From the NCBI GenBank assembly GCA_012026655.1, contig JAAILG010000642.1, positions 1 to 64,000 of the forward strand: a DNA stretch of 64,000 nt, read 5' to 3'. The position numbers were made by a program, and so were the translations under genes. Source of the stretch: Hydrolagus affinis. Taxonomy: Eukaryota. The notes below the pieces were generated by a model that saw only the letters and a program-made list of their open reading frames with translations, ran no database searches and was not told the origin of the DNA. Numbering within the stretch: the stretch's first letter is position 1; each line of letters opens with the position of its first letter. Positions 61,151 to 64,000 of this stretch are shown piece after piece.

Positions 61151-62254
61151 TCTCCACAACCGTCAGGAGACAATAGGAAATGCAACTCATGATTCACTTT
61201 GTCACACATTGCAACAGGTAATCTATTTCACTACCTGACCCCCAAAGAAGACAGTCTCAATGGACTTAAAAACATCTTACTGTAATGTCTCTCTACATTG
61301 CTCAACAGACCTGTACATGGCAATTTACTTTCTATTCAGGATCGCATCATCATCATCATAATAAAATAATAATTAGAATAATCATAATAATAATCCTTGC
61401 ATTTGATAATAGATACATCAGAAACAAACAGACAAAAATTGGCCATTAATGCAGAACCTACTCCAGGAATAATTATCCCCATTCCATCTCTCACCCAATT
61501 CCAGTTAAGCAGAGACAAAGAGAAAGATTTAAGCGCTCTGGAACGCTACCATGTGTGAGGGGCGCTATTATACATACAAGTTATTGTTGTTGTTGTTTTT
61601 CTGTGGTTCCATGTGGATTACGGATGCTACCGTCGAACCTGAGTTAGTATAAGATTTGATCAATGCCTGAATCTTGTGTCAGACAAGATACGAGTAGCCA
61701 GAGAGCAGGTACAAGTTCTCCCATTCTCGTGGCTGAAAGCAATTCCTGGCTCTCTTTCAACAACAACAACAACAACAACTAAGAGCACTCATTCACAAAC
61801 CCCCCTCGCCCCACCCCCCATGGCTTCATTGAGATATGCGGAAAGCTTGGTTTAACATATGACAAATGGTATGAAGAAAGAAAACTATCTTTATCGCTCT
61901 GCGCTGAGTTTGGCTGATTTGGAAAGCTGCCGTGAGTTTCTGGACTTCCATTAAAAAAAGGATTCCCTGGCAGAGAGCTATCCATCCTTCAGGTTAGTCT
62001 GGGACTGATTTCCTATAAAGCTGAAGTTCTGAGAAACAGCCAAATAGGACTTCTCTGGATTTACCACTCACCAATAACAACTTTTGTTTATACGGTACCC
62101 TTCAATTGTAGTAGAGTGAGTCTCGGAATAGTAAGTCTCCGACGCTGAAGATTACTAATGAATAAGGAGAAACAGACAGGTAACAACATTCATTTGAGGA
62201 ACAGAAATAATGGCTACAAGTGCACAAAATGTCTAATGCTGTCCCTCTTGTGTC

Positions 62255-62470
62255 CCAAAGAATGTCAGTCTACACTGTGAGTTCAAGCTCCCACCCCACC
62301 CACCCCCGCCCGTGTCTGGACTTTGAGTTTACGTGGTTCAGGCTGACACTCCAATGCAGTGCTGGGGTAGCTGGCGCTGGTTTGTTCTGGGTGCTGTCCT
62401 TCAGATCAGACATAAAACAATGTTCCCTGTTGAGATATACATTACGGATTCCGTGGCATTCTTCGCTGCT
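62255..62470 (+). mobile_element. Degenerate DeuSINE fragment
   Basis: AGGCTGACACTCCAATGCAGTGCTG..GTGCTGTCCTTCAGATCAGACATAAAAC..GATTCCGTGGCA. Confidence 0.6.
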
Positions 62471-63487
62471 CGGTTCTTCCTACAGAACGCACGGTAACAA
62501 CATTTCAAGCAATGTACTGCTCCCTCCACATGAAAGGCGCCACAGCAAGTGGCGAGATCAATATTTTTGTCACTTTGAAGGAATACTCACAGTACAAAGC
62601 AGAGGTTGCCTGAGTCAGCAGTGTATAAGGCATTCCAGGTATGGTATCTCCGTGCGAGTTGGGAATTAAACCCTAAAAAAAGAACCGTTTCAGATTCTGG
62701 GAATTTTTTTTTAGTCAGTCCTTTCCTTGTAACGTCAGGGTGCATGTAATCACATTCACCAGGAAATCCATCACCACTCAGGGAGCATTTTATTACATGC
62801 AATTCTGTGTATTGCCCTGCTTGGTTAGAGCAGTCATTAACCTTTCAGTAGGAAAGTAATTACACAAAGCGTGCCGTTTCCTGTGGTGGAGATGTCGTTA
62901 TCCGTGCCGTACAAATGTTTGTCCGCAACCCTTGGCAATCTGACTTAGCAGAAAACTAATATCAGGCCCGTGAATTAAAGGATTTGAGATGAACAGACAA
63001 GGCCAAAGCAACCAGGGGAACAAGATCAGCAATGAAGCAGCTGGCAATTCTCTGCTGAATTACTTGCACTGCAAGGCTGTCCATCAACCGCACACCTATC
63101 CTTACACCCTCTTCCTCCGGCCTGCATTGTCCGCAGAAGGCAACTAAATCAATTGAGTCATTTCAGCCCCAATATCGCAGCACCACGAGGCTACATAATT
63201 CCATCAGTCTTTCCTTTTCTCCTGCAAATGTTTATCATTGTCAGCTGCGAGATATATCCAGGTACTTGTTGACGCATGTATCGGCTCTCACATGTACGAA
63301 AGGGCAGCCCTCAAGCCTTCCCCCTTTGCAAGTGACTGACATCCAATGGATTCAGGTCTGCCCCCTGGAACTGTTGGCTCATTTGGTCGGCAAAACGAAA
63401 AGGTGAAGCGGGTCAAAGAAAACCTGCAGCCATTATGAATGAATAAACCTTCTGCCCAAGGGTTAGTAGCGGAATCAAAAGTAATAG

Positions 63488-63821
63488 AATTCCTGTAGCT
63501 CAGTGGTTAGAGCACTTGCCTTACAAGCGTGAGACCTGTGTGTTCGAATCCAGGCAGATAAGGGCAAAATCTTGGGCAAGTTTCCTTACTCCACACACGC
63601 GCCTAATAAGAATCCCTCCCAAAAAAAAAACCACAATAATAAAAATTGTTCATTTTCAATCCCTGACTGTTTGTGGGGGACGCTGCTGTGCGCAATTGGC
63701 TGCCGCGTTTCGCCCATAAATATCCAGTCAATTCACTTTACAGTATATTCTGTGAAACACTTTGAGACATCGATAAGATGTGAAAAGCTCTATATTGAAT
63801 GCAAGGATTGTTATTATTATT
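63488..63821 (+). mobile_element. tRNA-derived SINE, full length
   Basis: Family consensus. Confidence 0.92.
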
Positions 63822-63944
63822 ACACTCGTATAAGTTGCCTCGTCATTCCGCGAATGCGGATCGCAAGATCAGTTTGGTTGAAGAAGGCCTTTTGGCCCCT
63901 CTGATCTCATCCTTTCAGAAGGTCTACCTTGAAACCTTCCCTTC

Positions 63945-64000
63945 CCATCCTGCCCAGGTGGACGCTAAGATCCCATGGCACTTATTCTAGAAGAGAAGGG
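63945..64000 (+). mobile_element. DeuSINE Deu-domain fragment running off the window
   Basis: CAGGTGGACGCTAAGATCCCATGGCACTTATTCTAGAAGAG matches the Deu domain 'CAGGTGGACGTAAAAGATCCCATGGCACTATT..GAAGAG' (from recall). Confidence 0.7.

Larger units (their letters stand above)
3330..61600. repeat. Dispersed ultra-short L2 tail stubs (50-80 bp), e.g. ~3340, 3970, 6010, 10480, 12640, 13060, 14173, 17285, 17395, 18040, 21538, 23080, 28890-29050, 35127, 40200, 52550, 52880, 56530, 58620, 61530
   Basis: Repeated (AAC)nAAATTACATTTATA(T/G)AGCGCCTTTCACGTC(G/A)GGAGGACGTCCCAAGGCAC, or the second family (AAC)nTTACATTTATATAGCGCCCTCCAC..GCGT.TCAGAGCGCT. Confidence 0.8.

Noticed and set aside
5731-63904. Family of similar small ORFs ([28 protein letters not shown]...)
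   Set aside because: These are translations of the SINE core and tail. Frames, starts and stops vary between copies, so they are not a protein family.
1-64000. CRISPR array, operon or other prokaryotic/phage system
   Set aside because: There are no regularly spaced repeat-spacer units and no gene-dense coding. The sequence is dominated by vertebrate retroposons.

Overview
This is eukaryotic, vertebrate-type non-coding DNA. The repeat families point to a cartilaginous fish, probably a holocephalan such as the elephant shark (inference, from recall). No intact host protein-coding gene, rRNA, true tRNA or CRISPR array can be supported, so the window looks like a large intron or gene desert. It contains about 20 near-complete copies and many fragments of one tRNA-derived SINE (A/B boxes, Deu-like core, L2-type stem-loop tail ending in (ATT)n). 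It also holds older DeuSINE copies, 5'-truncated CR1 and L2 LINE 3' ends, dozens of 50-80 bp L2 tail stubs, microsatellites, and several repeat-free blocks rich in homeodomain motifs that look like conserved non-coding enhancers. Most ORFs in the supplied track are translations of repeats. The observations not explained by ordinary repeat annotation are: (1) a recurring pattern of short (28-98 bp) inverted copies of sequence lying 0.7-2.7 kb upstream, some with fold-back palindromes at the junctions; (2) a CpG-decayed U6 snRNA retrocopy abutting a DeuSINE that carries two nested insertions; (3) a chimeric SINE-core/L2-3'UTR element present at two loci; (4) a repeat-free, CpG-undepleted block of about 1.7 kb; (5) one well-formed candidate exon. 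I see no convincing novel protein-based system.
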